Below, one piece after another: positions 18,976-28,783 of a DNA stretch of 64,000 bases. Numbering within the stretch: position 1 is the first letter of the stretch; each line of letters begins with the position of its first letter. The notes under the pieces were generated by a model. The model made no database searches. It had not been told where the DNA came from and was given only the letters and a program-made list of their open reading frames with translations. This stretch comes from a virus, in IMG/VR virus record IMGVR_UViG_3300045988_121070. One strand, given 5' to 3'. The position numbers and the translations under genes were made by a program.

Positions 18976-20229
18976 CTACTTAAAGCGGGAGAGGAGCAGG
19001 GTACTATTGGTACCACCGAAGCCGAAGGCGTTGCAGAGAATGGTCTGTAACGGGGTGATGGTTGGCGCTGTTGGAATGCGCAGAGCTGCTGCCGTCTCGT
19101 CAGGGTGCTGGAGGTTGATGTGAGGCGTTACGAATCCGCCTTGCATCTGTATCAGGGCATATACTACCTGGGACACGCCGGACATCCAGCATTCGTGGCC
19201 GGTGAGGGCCTTTGTGCTGATGACAAAGGGACGGCTATCACCATTTGCAGCGGCATAGCCACTACCTACGGAAAAGAGGCGGCGGATGGCTTCTGCCTCG
19301 GCGCGGTCGCCATCTGGGGTCGATGTGGCGTGAGCCATGATAGCGGAGATACCAGGACCCAGCGGAGAACCGCTGGGCACAGTGGCGGCAGACAGAGCGG
19401 CGAGCATAGAGCGGTAGATAGCATCAGCGGAGGGTGTTGCGAGGTCGGGACTGGTGGTGAAGCCGTAGCCTTTGACCGTGGCCAAGGGTTTGCGATTGCC
19501 CATAGCGGCATGGGCTGCTGTTTCGAGAATGACGCAGGCAGCACCACCAGAAGGCACGAGGCCGTCGCGGTCGCGGTCGAATGGTCGTGATGCAGCGGTG
19601 GGGTTGTCGGTGCGGTGACTGAAGATGCCGAGCGCATCAAAGGAGGTATAGGCATGTAGGCCCACTTCCTGAGCGCCCACCACTATGCAGCAGTCGAGTT
19701 TGCCGGACTGGATAAGCGAATGAGCGAGACCGATAGCATGACCGCCACCGGCGCAGGCTGCAGAGACGGTAAAGGAGAGACCACCGATGCCAAAGATAGA
19801 AGCCAGCGACATAGAGACCGAGCTGTTGAGTGTGCGGAACACCATGCCGGCACCGAGTCGGCGCGAGTCATGGTATTCAGCCATGATAGCCTCTGTCTCA
19901 GCGAGGGCACCAGCGGTGCTGTCATTGCTAACAATAAGTCCGCAGCGGTAGAGGTCGGCCACTGGAGCCATAGCAAGCGCTTCCTTCATGGCCATGTAGC
20001 CATATTCGCCTGGTTCGGAGAGAGTGATGCGCTGTGAGCGTCGCAATCCCTGAGCTTTGATGTCAGGACGCGGGACGATACCCGTGAGGGGTGACTGGTA
20101 GCCGTAGGCGGTACGCTCAGGATCGATGCCGATGCCACTCTTTCCGAGACGGAGAGACTGAGCCACCTCCTGAACGGACTGGCCGATGCAGGACCAGATG
20201 CCCATGCCCGTGATTACTGTGCGTCGCAT
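18976..20229 (-). CDS. fabF: beta-ketoacyl-ACP synthase I/II (FabF/FabB-like, Cys-His-His triad)
   Basis: VSAACAGGGHAIG (Cys), AHATSTPDGD (His), TKALTGHECW (His), NAFGFGGTNSTLL; in-frame hairpin element at 19358-19377 encodes PSGSPLG. Confidence 0.85.
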   Translation of the reverse strand: MRRTVITGMGIWSCIGQSVQEVAQSLRLGKSGIGIDPERTAYGYQSPLTGIVPRPDIKAQGLRRSQRITLSEPGEYGYMAMKEALAMAPVADLYRCGLIVSNDSTAGALAETEAIMAEYHDSRRLGAGMVFRTLNSSVSMSLASIFGIGGLSFTVSAACAGGGHAIGLAHSLIQSGKLDCCIVVGAQEVGLHAYTSFDALGIFSHRTDNPTAASRPFDRDRDGLVPSGGAACVILETAAHAAMGNRKPLATVKGYGFTTSPDLATPSADAIYRSMLAALSAATVPSGSPLGPGISAIMAHATSTPDGDRAEAEAIRRLFSVGSGYAAANGDSRPFVISTKALTGHECWMSGVSQVVYALIQMQGGFVTPHINLQHPDETAAALRIPTAPTITPLQTILCNAFGFGGTNSTLLLSRFK

Positions 20230-20477
20230 AGGCTGGGTTTTTGTTCGATGATAGAACGGATGAGGTCACGCAAGGTATGCGTGTTCTTTGCATTCGTCAT
20301 ATCGAGTTTGACGTTAAAGTTTGTTTCGCACATCATAATGAAGTCCACGATGTCGATAGAGTCGAGGTTGAGATCTTCGTGAAGATTGTCGTCGAGGTGA
20401 ATATCCTCGGCGGGAGGCATGTTGTCGAAATGGGCTGTCAGGAGCGCCACGATGCGAGGGAAAAGTTTTTCTTCCAT
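20214..20477 (-). CDS. acpP: acyl carrier protein
   Basis: 87 aa, acidic, LNLDSIDIVDFIMMCE (DSxD phosphopantetheine-Ser motif); 16-nt overlap with the ketosynthase start. Confidence 0.75.
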   Translation of the reverse strand: MEEKLFPRIVALLTAHFDNMPPAEDIHLDDNLHEDLNLDSIDIVDFIMMCETNFNVKLDMTNAKNTHTLRDLIRSIIEQKPSLCDAQ

Positions 20478-20508
20478 GATTTGATGAATTTATGAATTTA
20501 TGAATGAC

Positions 20509-20571
20509 GGCGATTAAATCGCCTGGCAATAGACGAAACAGAGCAGCGAGACCCAGCCGATAACGGCTGGG
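20509..20571 (+). repeat. composite palindromic element (A 20509-20523, tail CAATAGACGAAACA, B 20552-20571)
   Basis: ggcgattaaatcgcc ... cccagccgataacggctggg. Confidence 0.85.
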
Positions 20572-20578
20572 CATGTGG

Positions 20579-23500
20579 CTAACCTTTCCAGAGGCGGTCG
20601 CCGGAGTTGCGGCGCATGAAGTTAGCGCCATCCTGAGACTCCTGCGTGATGCCACCACGTCCGTATTTATTGACATGGAGGCCGTTGCGCTTGATAGCCA
20701 GCATGACGGCGGTAAACTCGGAGAGCGTAGAACGGAGGCCGTCGATATCCTCTTTGGTGATGGTGTTGTCCGACGGAGAACCGTCGGGAGTGGTGGTGCC
20801 ATCAGTGCCGAGGAAATCAGAGAGGTTGCCTTCGTCGTAGGTGCGGTAGGCATGGCCATTTGAGTAGTTTTTGTCGAACTTCACGATAGCCGCGAGGAGG
20901 TCGGGACGAGCCATCTGCATGGCAGCCGTCGTTTCGCGTCCAATCACCATTTCTGGGCCACGTTCTCCGACGAGAGACGGTTGACCGTTGACCATGGTCG
21001 CTATGGGCGATGTGACGAGACCCGTCTGCAGTTGTGGTACCTGGCGAGCCTGATAGACATAGCCATCCGTACCGAGGACGGGTGTGCGGTCGCCACCATA
21101 GCCAGCGGGCGAACCGCTGGAAGCGGGTGTAGCAGAGGGAGAGTAGCCGGATGGAGAGGGACTTCCGGCGGAAGAACCGCCGGACACACTCTGGACGTTA
21201 CCACTGTCATAGGTGAGCATACCAGTGGCGAGTTTGACGTTAGGAGTTGCAGCATCAGCGCCACCACTCTCGTCACCACCAAAGGCGAGTCCGATAGCCC
21301 ATGATAGCAATCCCATCAACAAGGCGGTGATGACACCGATGAGCGGAATACCCCACCATCCGAGGGTGCCAATGATCTTAGCAGCACCACCAGCGATACC
21401 GAGACCCACCTTACCAGTGGTAGCCCCCGCTTCCTCTGCCAGTTCGGTAGCATTCGAGGTAGAGTGCTGTGTGAGGCGGGCAGCATCGCCCGTTGCCTGA
21501 GCCGTGAGCATCAGCGTCTGGTAGAGTTGCTGTATCTGCAACATCGTAGCCTGGTGCATGGTCTCGTCGGCTTCTTCCTGACGATAGTAGAGCTGCTTAG
21601 TGACGCGACGTGTGAGGTCTTGTGCGATGAGTTGCAGAGACATCTTCACATACGACTTCAGCATATCCTTCAGGAGGTCTTTGAATTTGACATCCGACTG
21701 TTCGGTGTCGTAGATCATATTACCCAGCGACTCCCCTACCCCTTCAGCGAACGTGTTAAGCGGTTCAGAGAAGTTTTGGAGGAGAGACACGCGCTCTTGG
21801 AACTTACGTGCCACCGAGTCGGCCATTTCAGACTGAGCCTCCATCATCTGACGTTTAGCATCCGTCAGCTGCTGTTCAGAGATTTTATCCTGTTCACGCA
21901 GACGCGCCATATCCTCATAATAGAGACGGGCGCGTTCAGCCAGCAGGCGATAGCGCAAGATTTCAGGGTCAGAATCCATATTCCAGGACATGCCCATCTG
22001 CTGTCCCACGTTCTTATCCGACTCGAAGCGTTGCGTATCGCTGTTGATGGTTGACAGCTGCTGTGTCGATTTGTCGATACTCTGAATGGTAGGATTGTTA
22101 TTGAAAACAAAATCCGCACGGCGCTTTGCCTCGTCGTAGGCTTTCTTCTGAGCATCCGTATAAGCATCCGAGTATTCAATCAGTTTCTGGTAGAACACCT
22201 TGAACTGGTCGGCAGACATGTTGAGCAGCGAAGAAAGGCCCGTACCAGCGAGATATGACTTATACTCTTTACCGAAGAGGATGGTAAGCACCTTATCCGG
22301 CGCATCCTCACTATTCGCATCGACAGAGAGCAGTTCCACGATGTTTTCGCGAGTAGCGGTGAAAGCCTTTTGCCACTGAGCGGTGCGGTCGTCGATGAAC
22401 TGCTGGATAGCCTCGTTATTACCCTTCTGCGACCACCCCATCATCTGAGCGATCTGTTCGGAAGTCAATTCGGCGACACCAAACTGTTCCATCTGGTTCT
22501 CGTAGTCGAGGTTGACCTTCCCCGTATAGTTCTTTTCCAGGAGCACCTTCTGACGGTCCTGGTAAGCCTTATTCTGCTGGTTGGCGTTTTTCAATTCGTT
22601 TTCTGTAGCCTTACGCCATATCTGATCGAGCAATACAGAACCATTCTGTCCCAACTCCTTAGAAAGCGTGGTAATCATGTCCTTCAGTTTCTCGACATCA
22701 TTATGGATAATGTTATCGAGCAGCTGCGTGGACTGATTTGTGCCGTCAGCAGACAGCGGTTCGTAGAGGTCGTTAAGCATCGACTGGCGGAACTGTGCCC
22801 AATCGTTCTCAGTACCCGCAATCGCCTGACGGACGTTAGCCAGTGCATTGTTCATGCGGATTGTCATGCCGTCCACCAGTTTCTTCTGGAGTTCAGAATC
22901 CATGCCCGTCTTTGTCGCCATTTCCGTGATGGCAGCAATCTGACGCTCGTAGTAATTCTTGACGTTATCGACAATCGCCTGAGCCTTGCCCTGTTCCTCT
23001 CTCATTTCCTGACGGAGCGCCTTGCGACGGGCTGCCTCTTCCGCCTTACGGCGACGTTCTGCCTCCTTATCGGGTGCATCGTTATCAAGAGCACCAGGAG
23101 ACTCGTCTTCGGTGGCGGTAACGAGATCGTCTTCAAACGGCTTCCACTTTTTGTTGACGCGGTTCATGGCGTTGGTAGCCGAGTAAGCCTGCGTAGCATA
23201 ACGGGTGGCAGCATAAAGCATCCGTTCGGCCTGGGTAAGGGCGCGGGTGTTGTTGGCACGGACCTCATTTGGTGTAAGTGTGCTTTCAGGACCGCTATTC
23301 ATTCGCATGTCGCGAACATAGCCATGCACATCGAACCATTCCGTCGGTGACTTGCTGGAACGAGACTTGTAAGCATCAGCGGCTATTTCGCCATTGACAC
23401 CCAGTTTCCTTGCCAGGTCCTTGTTGATTTCTTCAACAGACTTGCCGGCTTTCTGCATATCATCGACATAGGCTTTGAGCCATGTGCCGTTGTAGGGAGA

Positions 23501-26395
23501 GCCACCCGCCACGTTATCGTATTCCGTGAGGCGGTCGGCAGACCATCCGACACGAGGAGCCACCTGAGAGGTAATGTCCTTTTCCTTCATCTGAAGGGCG
23601 ATCTTCGCACGGAGTTGCTTCACCACCTCCTTGTAAGCCTTTGCTACATCATAGGCAGTAGATTTTTCGGTGAGCATCTTCGAGAGATACTGGCCATACT
23701 CCTTGTTAAAGTTACGAATAGCAGCCGCACGTTGACGTGAGCCGTTGGCTGCTTCGTCGATAGCCTTCTTAAAGCGTTTCAGACGGTCATCAGCGATGGC
23801 AAACTCACGGTTGAAGTCAGACATCGTGCTATTGAAGCCCTGCATCCATGTAGTAGCCTTTTGTCCGCTCTTAATGACAGAACCGATAGCAATAGCGAGG
23901 CCCGTCAGAAGCGAGATACAGAGACCGATGACATTCATCTTCTGAGCCGTGTTCAGAGCGTGCCATGCAGCCACAAGTCCCTTAGTCTGGAGCGTGGCCA
24001 ATACCGAAGCCTTACCCATGAGACCGATAGACGATGCCAAACCGATGATAGCCACCGAAGCACCCTTGAAGAGCAATCCCGTAAGAATAGCCGGCAGGAG
24101 TGCGAGGAGTATCTTCAATTCAGCAGCAATCAGTCCGAGGAGGTTTTTCATTATCCACATGGAAGCCTCGTTGGAAGTCATGGACTTTGAGAGGTCGTAC
24201 CATGCCTGGGCCATCTGTTTTACCATATCGACACCCTCTGGGTTGGTGAAAGCCTTTGCCCAGAGGTTATTACCCTTTTCGAGGATAGCGTTAGCAGTGT
24301 CCTGTTTCAGAGCATACTCATTGGTGAGAGACGTTGCCTCTGCGAAAGCCTCGTTAGACTCTTCGACATGCGCACGGACCGTATCGACATTCTTAGACAT
24401 GGTAGCCATGACACCGATAAGGCGCTGACCTTCAGAGCCGAGGTCTTTCCAGATGTTGCCGAGGGCATTCATGTTACCCTTTTCACGCATCTTTTCCATT
24501 ATCTGAAGAATGGCCTCCATTGCCTTACCCTGTTGGAAAAGGTTATTGATTGTGCCCTTCTCCATGTTCAACTGCTGTTCGATGAGATTATGGTTGGTTT
24601 GCAGCGACGTGAAGAGTTTACCGAATGCCGTGGCCGCTACTTCAGGAGCCTGGCCGAGCGCATCGGCAGCAGAGCCGAGTGCCAGCAGTTCTGGCGTAGT
24701 GATGCCCGTGATGCGGGAAAGACCCGTGAGGCGTTTAGCGAAGTCAACGATATGTGTTCCTGATGCAGTAGAAGTGGCCGACAGTTGGTTGATAGCCGAG
24801 CCGACAGACAGCATGGAGCGTTCGACACCCAGTTTGGGGATAAGTCCCATGGTATCGACGAGTTTGGAAATTTGCAAGAGGCTGTCATCGCCGAGGTCGT
24901 CGGAGAGCGCCACCTTTACCTGGTCGGCAGCACGGACGAAAGCCGACATACCTTCGACACCATACTGTCCAAAGCCCATTTTACCACCCTGGTAGGCGAG
25001 GTCGGCGAGATCCTGCACCGTAGAGCGCGTGTTTATCTTAGCCAGGCTTTCAGACAATTCGTTGACCTCCTTGGTGGCGAGGCCCGTCACCTTACGGATG
25101 TCTGCGAGTTGGTCAGAATAAGCCAGGTTGCTTTGCAGCATCCCCTGCAGTTTCTGCTGGGCGATAGAAAACAGTTGGAAGACACCGAAGTACATGGAGA
25201 TATTGCGAAACGTCGTTTTCCATGCAGACCCCTGACGGTTGATAGCGCCGGTGGTACGTTCTATTTCCCCACGTATGGCTGCCAGCTGCTTCTGTTTGTC
25301 GATATACTGCTGTTGGTCGCGGTTGAGTTTAGCCATTTCCGTCTCTAACTGCTTTGCCGCCTTTTGGAGTGTTTCGAGCGGAGCCTTGCGGAGGTTAGCC
25401 GGCTGGAGGAGGTTGCCGATATCAACCAGTTCGTGATCAACACCCGCGAGGATGTTTTGCAGCTGCTTCATCTGTTCGTTGAGTTTCTTGCGGGCCGTAT
25501 CGCCTGTGCCGAGGTTGCTCAACTTACGCTGTATCTCATCGATGGCAGCTTTTATTTCCTTTGGTGAGAACTTTTTAGGATCGAGGATGATATTGTCAGC
25601 CTTCTGCTGGAGTTGGTCGGTGGTGAGTTCTATCTGTTTCTCCTTACCCGCGATAGCATCCAGTTGGTCGTCACACTTCTTCAGTTCAGCATTGATGCGC
25701 TCGATCTCAGCAGCCACGTTGCCGGAAGCGGGGAGGATGCCACCTTTGCCCAACTGGTCACGATAACTGGCGAGGTTGGCACGAGCAGAGCGGAGCGCAT
25801 CAGCAGAAGCCCCACCACCACTGATTGTAGCGACAGCGCGGCGAGCCTGTTCGTTTTGCAGTTGATGAAGGATATTGACCTGCGACTGATAGGCGCTGCT
25901 GGTTTTCTGTGTAGAAGCCACCAACTGCTTCTGCTGATTGATGGCGCGTTGCAACCAGGAATCCGTCTGTGTGGAGAGTTCGCCCATGTGCTTTTTGATG
26001 TTCAGCATTTCGCCCTGCATGACCTTGATTTGGTCGGTGATAGCCTTATATTTCTGGCGCAGTTCTTCGAGTTTAGGGCTACTCTCGCTGGTGCGTGACA
26101 TTTCCTTTTTGACCTGACGAAGCGCCTGGTTCAGTTGAGACAGCGACGCATTAGAGAGGTTGGTAATGACCTTCTCCACCTTTTTCATGTCCGCCTCCTG
26201 CTGTTTGATGAGCGCACGGAGGTCGGCCATTTCCTTTTGCAGTTTCTGGGCACGTTGTGCGCCCGTTGCTGTGGAAGTGTTGATGGCATTATACGCCTTT
26301 TCCAGGCGCGACAGTTCGTTGCGCATGGCTTTGACGGCTGCTACTGGTTGTGCGGAGTCCGCACTGATCTTGATGTATATCTGTTTATCGGCCAT
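20579..26395 (-). CDS. tail tape measure protein
   Basis: 1938 aa; long N-terminal coiled coils, TP901-type TMP core (LADIRKVTGLATKEVNELSESL...QISKLVDTMG), internal TM segments, Gly-rich C-terminal part; hairpin-element-like segment near 21100-21125 (SSGSPAG). Confidence 0.9.
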   Translation of the reverse strand: MADKQIYIKISADSAQPVAAVKAMRNELSRLEKAYNAINTSTATGAQRAQKLQKEMADLRALIKQQEADMKKVEKVITNLSNASLSQLNQALRQVKKEMSRTSESSPKLEELRQKYKAITDQIKVMQGEMLNIKKHMGELSTQTDSWLQRAINQQKQLVASTQKTSSAYQSQVNILHQLQNEQARRAVATISGGGASADALRSARANLASYRDQLGKGGILPASGNVAAEIERINAELKKCDDQLDAIAGKEKQIELTTDQLQQKADNIILDPKKFSPKEIKAAIDEIQRKLSNLGTGDTARKKLNEQMKQLQNILAGVDHELVDIGNLLQPANLRKAPLETLQKAAKQLETEMAKLNRDQQQYIDKQKQLAAIRGEIERTTGAINRQGSAWKTTFRNISMYFGVFQLFSIAQQKLQGMLQSNLAYSDQLADIRKVTGLATKEVNELSESLAKINTRSTVQDLADLAYQGGKMGFGQYGVEGMSAFVRAADQVKVALSDDLGDDSLLQISKLVDTMGLIPKLGVERSMLSVGSAINQLSATSTASGTHIVDFAKRLTGLSRITGITTPELLALGSAADALGQAPEVAATAFGKLFTSLQTNHNLIEQQLNMEKGTINNLFQQGKAMEAILQIMEKMREKGNMNALGNIWKDLGSEGQRLIGVMATMSKNVDTVRAHVEESNEAFAEATSLTNEYALKQDTANAILEKGNNLWAKAFTNPEGVDMVKQMAQAWYDLSKSMTSNEASMWIMKNLLGLIAAELKILLALLPAILTGLLFKGASVAIIGLASSIGLMGKASVLATLQTKGLVAAWHALNTAQKMNVIGLCISLLTGLAIAIGSVIKSGQKATTWMQGFNSTMSDFNREFAIADDRLKRFKKAIDEAANGSRQRAAAIRNFNKEYGQYLSKMLTEKSTAYDVAKAYKEVVKQLRAKIALQMKEKDITSQVAPRVGWSADRLTEYDNVAGGSPYNGTWLKAYVDDMQKAGKSVEEINKDLARKLGVNGEIAADAYKSRSSKSPTEWFDVHGYVRDMRMNSGPESTLTPNEVRANNTRALTQAERMLYAATRYATQAYSATNAMNRVNKKWKPFEDDLVTATEDESPGALDNDAPDKEAERRRKAEEAARRKALRQEMREEQGKAQAIVDNVKNYYERQIAAITEMATKTGMDSELQKKLVDGMTIRMNNALANVRQAIAGTENDWAQFRQSMLNDLYEPLSADGTNQSTQLLDNIIHNDVEKLKDMITTLSKELGQNGSVLLDQIWRKATENELKNANQQNKAYQDRQKVLLEKNYTGKVNLDYENQMEQFGVAELTSEQIAQMMGWSQKGNNEAIQQFIDDRTAQWQKAFTATRENIVELLSVDANSEDAPDKVLTILFGKEYKSYLAGTGLSSLLNMSADQFKVFYQKLIEYSDAYTDAQKKAYDEAKRRADFVFNNNPTIQSIDKSTQQLSTINSDTQRFESDKNVGQQMGMSWNMDSDPEILRYRLLAERARLYYEDMARLREQDKISEQQLTDAKRQMMEAQSEMADSVARKFQERVSLLQNFSEPLNTFAEGVGESLGNMIYDTEQSDVKFKDLLKDMLKSYVKMSLQLIAQDLTRRVTKQLYYRQEEADETMHQATMLQIQQLYQTLMLTAQATGDAARLTQHSTSNATELAEEAGATTGKVGLGIAGGAAKIIGTLGWWGIPLIGVITALLMGLLSWAIGLAFGGDESGGADAATPNVKLATGMLTYDSGNVQSVSGGSSAGSPSPSGYSPSATPASSGSPAGYGGDRTPVLGTDGYVYQARQVPQLQTGLVTSPIATMVNGQPSLVGERGPEMVIGRETTAAMQMARPDLLAAIVKFDKNYSNGHAYRTYDEGNLSDFLGTDGTTTPDGSPSDNTITKEDIDGLRSTLSEFTAVMLAIKRNGLHVNKYGRGGITQESQDGANFMRRNSGDRLWKG

Positions 26396-26407
26396 AGGAG
26401 GTAGATA

Positions 26408-26932
26408 TTAGAATTGGAACACGAGTGGTGGCAGGTCTTCAATATCACGGAACACCTCTACGGAGAGTTCGCGTCCGTAGAAGTCTTCGTAATAGCGCTG
26501 CATACGAGAGGCGACATGACGTGCCTCCATCATTATTGAGGGTCGGCTTGTTTCGCCCATAACGGCGAGCCACTGGCGCACATAGCGGCGGTTGTGGCGA
26601 GCCTTGCGGTCGCGGCGTACCACGTCGAGCGGTCGGCCACCGACAGTACCCATATCGACAAAGCGGAGGTAGTCACGGAAACCGAGGCTGATTGCTTCGT
26701 GGCCAGGGGTGGCATCGATGCGCGAGGTGAACGAGCGAGCACCTTTGCCGGTGGCATACCATCCGCCATGGTCTTTGCGGTACTCGTTGACCTTACGGAA
26801 GCCAGGGTAGATTTCCGTTGGGAAGACGTGCTGTGTCTGCATGTTCGCCTGGAGTGCTTGCACGGCATCCATGGCAAAGCGGCGCAGAACCACGTTCGGG
26901 CGACGCATTGGTTTTTCGAGTTGTGCTGCCAT
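26408..26932 (-). CDS. hypothetical protein in the tail-assembly-chaperone position
   Basis: 174-aa ORF directly upstream of the tape measure gene; -7 box TATCTTTG (plus-strand caaagata, 26951-26958) 19 nt upstream. Confidence 0.45.
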   Translation of the reverse strand: MAAQLEKPMRRPNVVLRRFAMDAVQALQANMQTQHVFPTEIYPGFRKVNEYRKDHGGWYATGKGARSFTSRIDATPGHEAISLGFRDYLRFVDMGTVGGRPLDVVRRDRKARHNRRYVRQWLAVMGETSRPSIMMEARHVASRMQRYYEDFYGRELSVEVFRDIEDLPPLVFQF

Positions 26933-27064
26933 ATAATGCTTATTTTGTTACAAAGATACAAAGAAGCGGCAGCGAGGACGGGACAAAGAGACTTTGGAGG
27001 GACGGTGATAAAATCGCCTTGCAATAGACGGAACAAAAAACCGCTGGCAGAACCAGCGGGAACA

Positions 27065-27307
27065 CTAAAAGAAGTATTCGATAAGGAGGACGGTTTTGGG
27101 GTAGTGAGCGAGAGAGAGGATGTCTTCAGGCAGCTGCATGGCATCGTAGCGGGTGTTTAGGGTGCAAGCGACACCTCCTGATGCTACGTTGACGGGGACT
27201 ATTTGCCCCCCCCCCCTAAACAGCCTTGGAGGTGCGGAGGTAGTTTGGGAAAGCGGGAGAGCTGTCATGCTATGACAGCATACGGAACGACTTTTCTTAT
27301 AGGTCAT
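27065..27307 (-). CDS. TRD-like cassette M12 (intact as sequenced)
   Basis: MTYKKSRSVCCHSMTALPLSQ..RGGGQIVPVNVASGGVACTLNTRYDA...LLIEYFF; C11 at 27206-27216 is in frame; hairpin element 27261-27290 embedded; paralog of M3. Confidence 0.55.
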   Translation of the reverse strand: MTYKKSRSVCCHSMTALPLSQTTSAPPRLFRGGGQIVPVNVASGGVACTLNTRYDAMQLPEDILSLAHYPKTVLLIEYFF

Positions 27308-27550
27308 ATTCAATAAATACACATTGGGATGTTTCGCCGGCCATTAGAGCAGAAGCGACACGGCCATCCTCCTTGACACGAGCACGGCGGAGTTTGGAGG
27401 TAGGGTAAGCCATATCGAAGACCCCATTGGGGAGGCATTCGATATATCCGCTTTCGGTGGCCTGGCGGACTTGGAGCACGATTTGCCCCCCCTATTGGCG
27501 ATGGTAAGGAACGGGCGACGCAGTTCATAGTGATGGACGTTAGAACTCAT
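27297..27550 (-). CDS. TRD-like cassette M11 (broken; needs an 8-nt run)
   Basis: MSSNVHHYELRRPFLTIANRGG | QIVLQVRQATESGYIECLPNG...GRVASALMAGETSQCVFIEYDL; C7 at 27486-27492. Confidence 0.5.
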
Positions 27551-27715
27551 ATTCAATCAAGACATAAGGAGTGGTGTTATACATGCCTGTATCGGAATCT
27601 TTGCCAATACCCCCCCTGAAAACGAGGTAATGGTGTTGCAGATCTGCTTCAAGTTGTAACGGAGAACCAGACCTTTCGTATCACGAATCCAGCCGATGAA
27701 GTTATAGGTTGTCAT
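27540..27715 (-). CDS. TRD-like cassette M10 (broken; needs an 8-nt run)
   Basis: MTTYNFIGWIRDTKGLVLRYNLKQICNTITSFSGG | GIGKDSDTGMYNTTPYVLIEYEF; C7 at 27610-27616. Confidence 0.5.
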
Positions 27716-27848
27716 ATTCTATCAGGAGGCAATGAGGACATTTATAATCAGTAGCACGAAGTGCCGGAGAGACCAAAAGCCATTTGCCCCCCCCTGACTT
27801 CCATTCAAAAGCGTGGGATAAAGGATGAACGCCTACCTTATAAATCAT
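27702..27848 (-). CDS. TRD-like cassette M9 (intact as sequenced, 48 aa)
   Basis: MIYKVGVHPLSHAFEWKSGGGKWLLVSPALRATDYKCPHCLLIEYDNL; C8 at 27787-27794 is in frame (translated codon by codon). Confidence 0.5.
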   Translation of the reverse strand: MIYKVGVHPLSHAFEWKSGGGKWLLVSPALRATDYKCPHCLLIEYDNL

Positions 27849-27991
27849 ATTCTATCAGGATATACCCCCCCCCCATTTGCGGCCAACACCGTTTGGACGA
27901 TGCCGGCAGTACCTTGAACATTACCATCAAAACCATTACGGAAGGTATCGTAATATAGGTTCCCAATACGAAGGATGTTGCTATAAATCAT
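27838..27991 (-). CDS. TRD-like cassette M8 (broken; needs a 9-nt run)
   Basis: MIYSNILRIGNLYYDTFRNGFDGNVQGTAGIVQTVLAANGGG | YILIEYDL; C10 at 27865-27874. Confidence 0.5.
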
Positions 27992-28282
27992 ATTCGATAA
28001 TTACATTATTGACGTGAGCGGTGATGATTGTAGCAGAGGGGTTACGAAAATAATTACAGACGAGTTCGGGCACCCCCCCATCTTAGCATCCTGACGGTAG
28101 AAACGGAGGTCGCCATTCGGGAGCCAGTGAGCAGCGATGATATCACGGCGAGAAAGACCAAGCCGAGAACGGCTGGGAGTGGTGGCGGAGGAACCAGCGG
28201 GGGAACCGCTGGACGCTGTGGAATTGGGGGCTGCGATAGTATCGCAGCATACGGGACAATCTACAATTCTCTTTCTATCCAT
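27981..28282 (-). CDS. TRD-like cassette M7 (broken; needs an 8-nt run)
   Basis: MDRKRIVD[CPVCCDTIAA..PSRSRLGL]SRRDIIAAHWLPNGDLRFYRQDAKMGG | VPELVCNYFRNPSATIITAHVNNVIIEYDL; C7 at 28073-28079; palindromic element 28158-28260 embedded in frame. Confidence 0.5.
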
Positions 28283-28556
28283 ACGAGGTTATCTTTTTGC
28301 ACGGAGGTGATGGTGTTTGTGACTTGGGCGGAACCGAGTTCGATAACTTGGTGAAAGTTGCGGTCAGCATGAGCACCACGGAATGAGAGGCAGTCGAGGT
28401 CACGATTAACCTGCGAACATATACGGACAGAAGCGGCACGGCTGTCTGGGTCTCGGTCGTAGAGGTAGGTCATGGTTTGCCCCCCCTACCTCGGCTTGCT
28501 GAGATACGGACTTTGGCCATGTCTGCGGACGGTTCAGTATCTTTAATCAAGAGCAT
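28261..28556 (-). CDS. TRD-like cassette M6 (broken; needs an 8-nt run)
   Basis: MLLIKDTEPSADMAKVRISASRGRGG | QTMTYLYDRDPDS...GSAQVTNTITSVQKDNLVWIEREL; C7 at 28480-28486; paralog of M5. Confidence 0.5.
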
Positions 28557-28722
28557 ATTCTACTAATAAGAGGTTATCTTTCTGAATGCCAGTGATAGTG
28601 TTAGAGCAGCCATCGGTTGCAGGGAGCAAAAAACGGTCGGAGAAACGGCAATGCCCCCCCCTATCTCCGTAGATACGGCGCACGGCTTTTGCGTGAGCGG
28701 TGCGGACAGCACGGAGGATAGA
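28543..28722 (-). CDS. TRD-like cassette M5 (in frame but with no start codon of its own)
   Basis: ...ILRAVRTAHAKAVRRIYGDRGGHCRFSDRFLLPATDGCSNTITGIQKDNLLLVEYALD; C8 at 28654-28661 is in frame; separated from the core ORF by two hairpin elements (28725-28779) and a frame change. Confidence 0.4.
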   Translation of the reverse strand, partial: SILRAVRTAHAKAVRRIYGDRGGHCRFSDRFLLPATDGCSNTITGIQKDNLLLVEYALD

Positions 28723-28783
28723 AGCCCCACCGAAAACGGCGGGGAGTGACGGCTTAGACCCGCTGGGAGAACCAGCGGGCACA

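Noticed and set aside
785-26411. Numerous long antisense or overlapping ORFs in the six-frame track, for example 785..1114, 2785..3537, 4385..5164, 19105..19590, 21464..22054, 22370..23350 and 26135..26411
   Set aside because: They lie entirely inside, and opposite to, much longer ORFs that have recognisable motifs (capsid, protease, ketosynthase, tape measure). Their translations are low-complexity and lack start context. They are treated as shadow ORFs.
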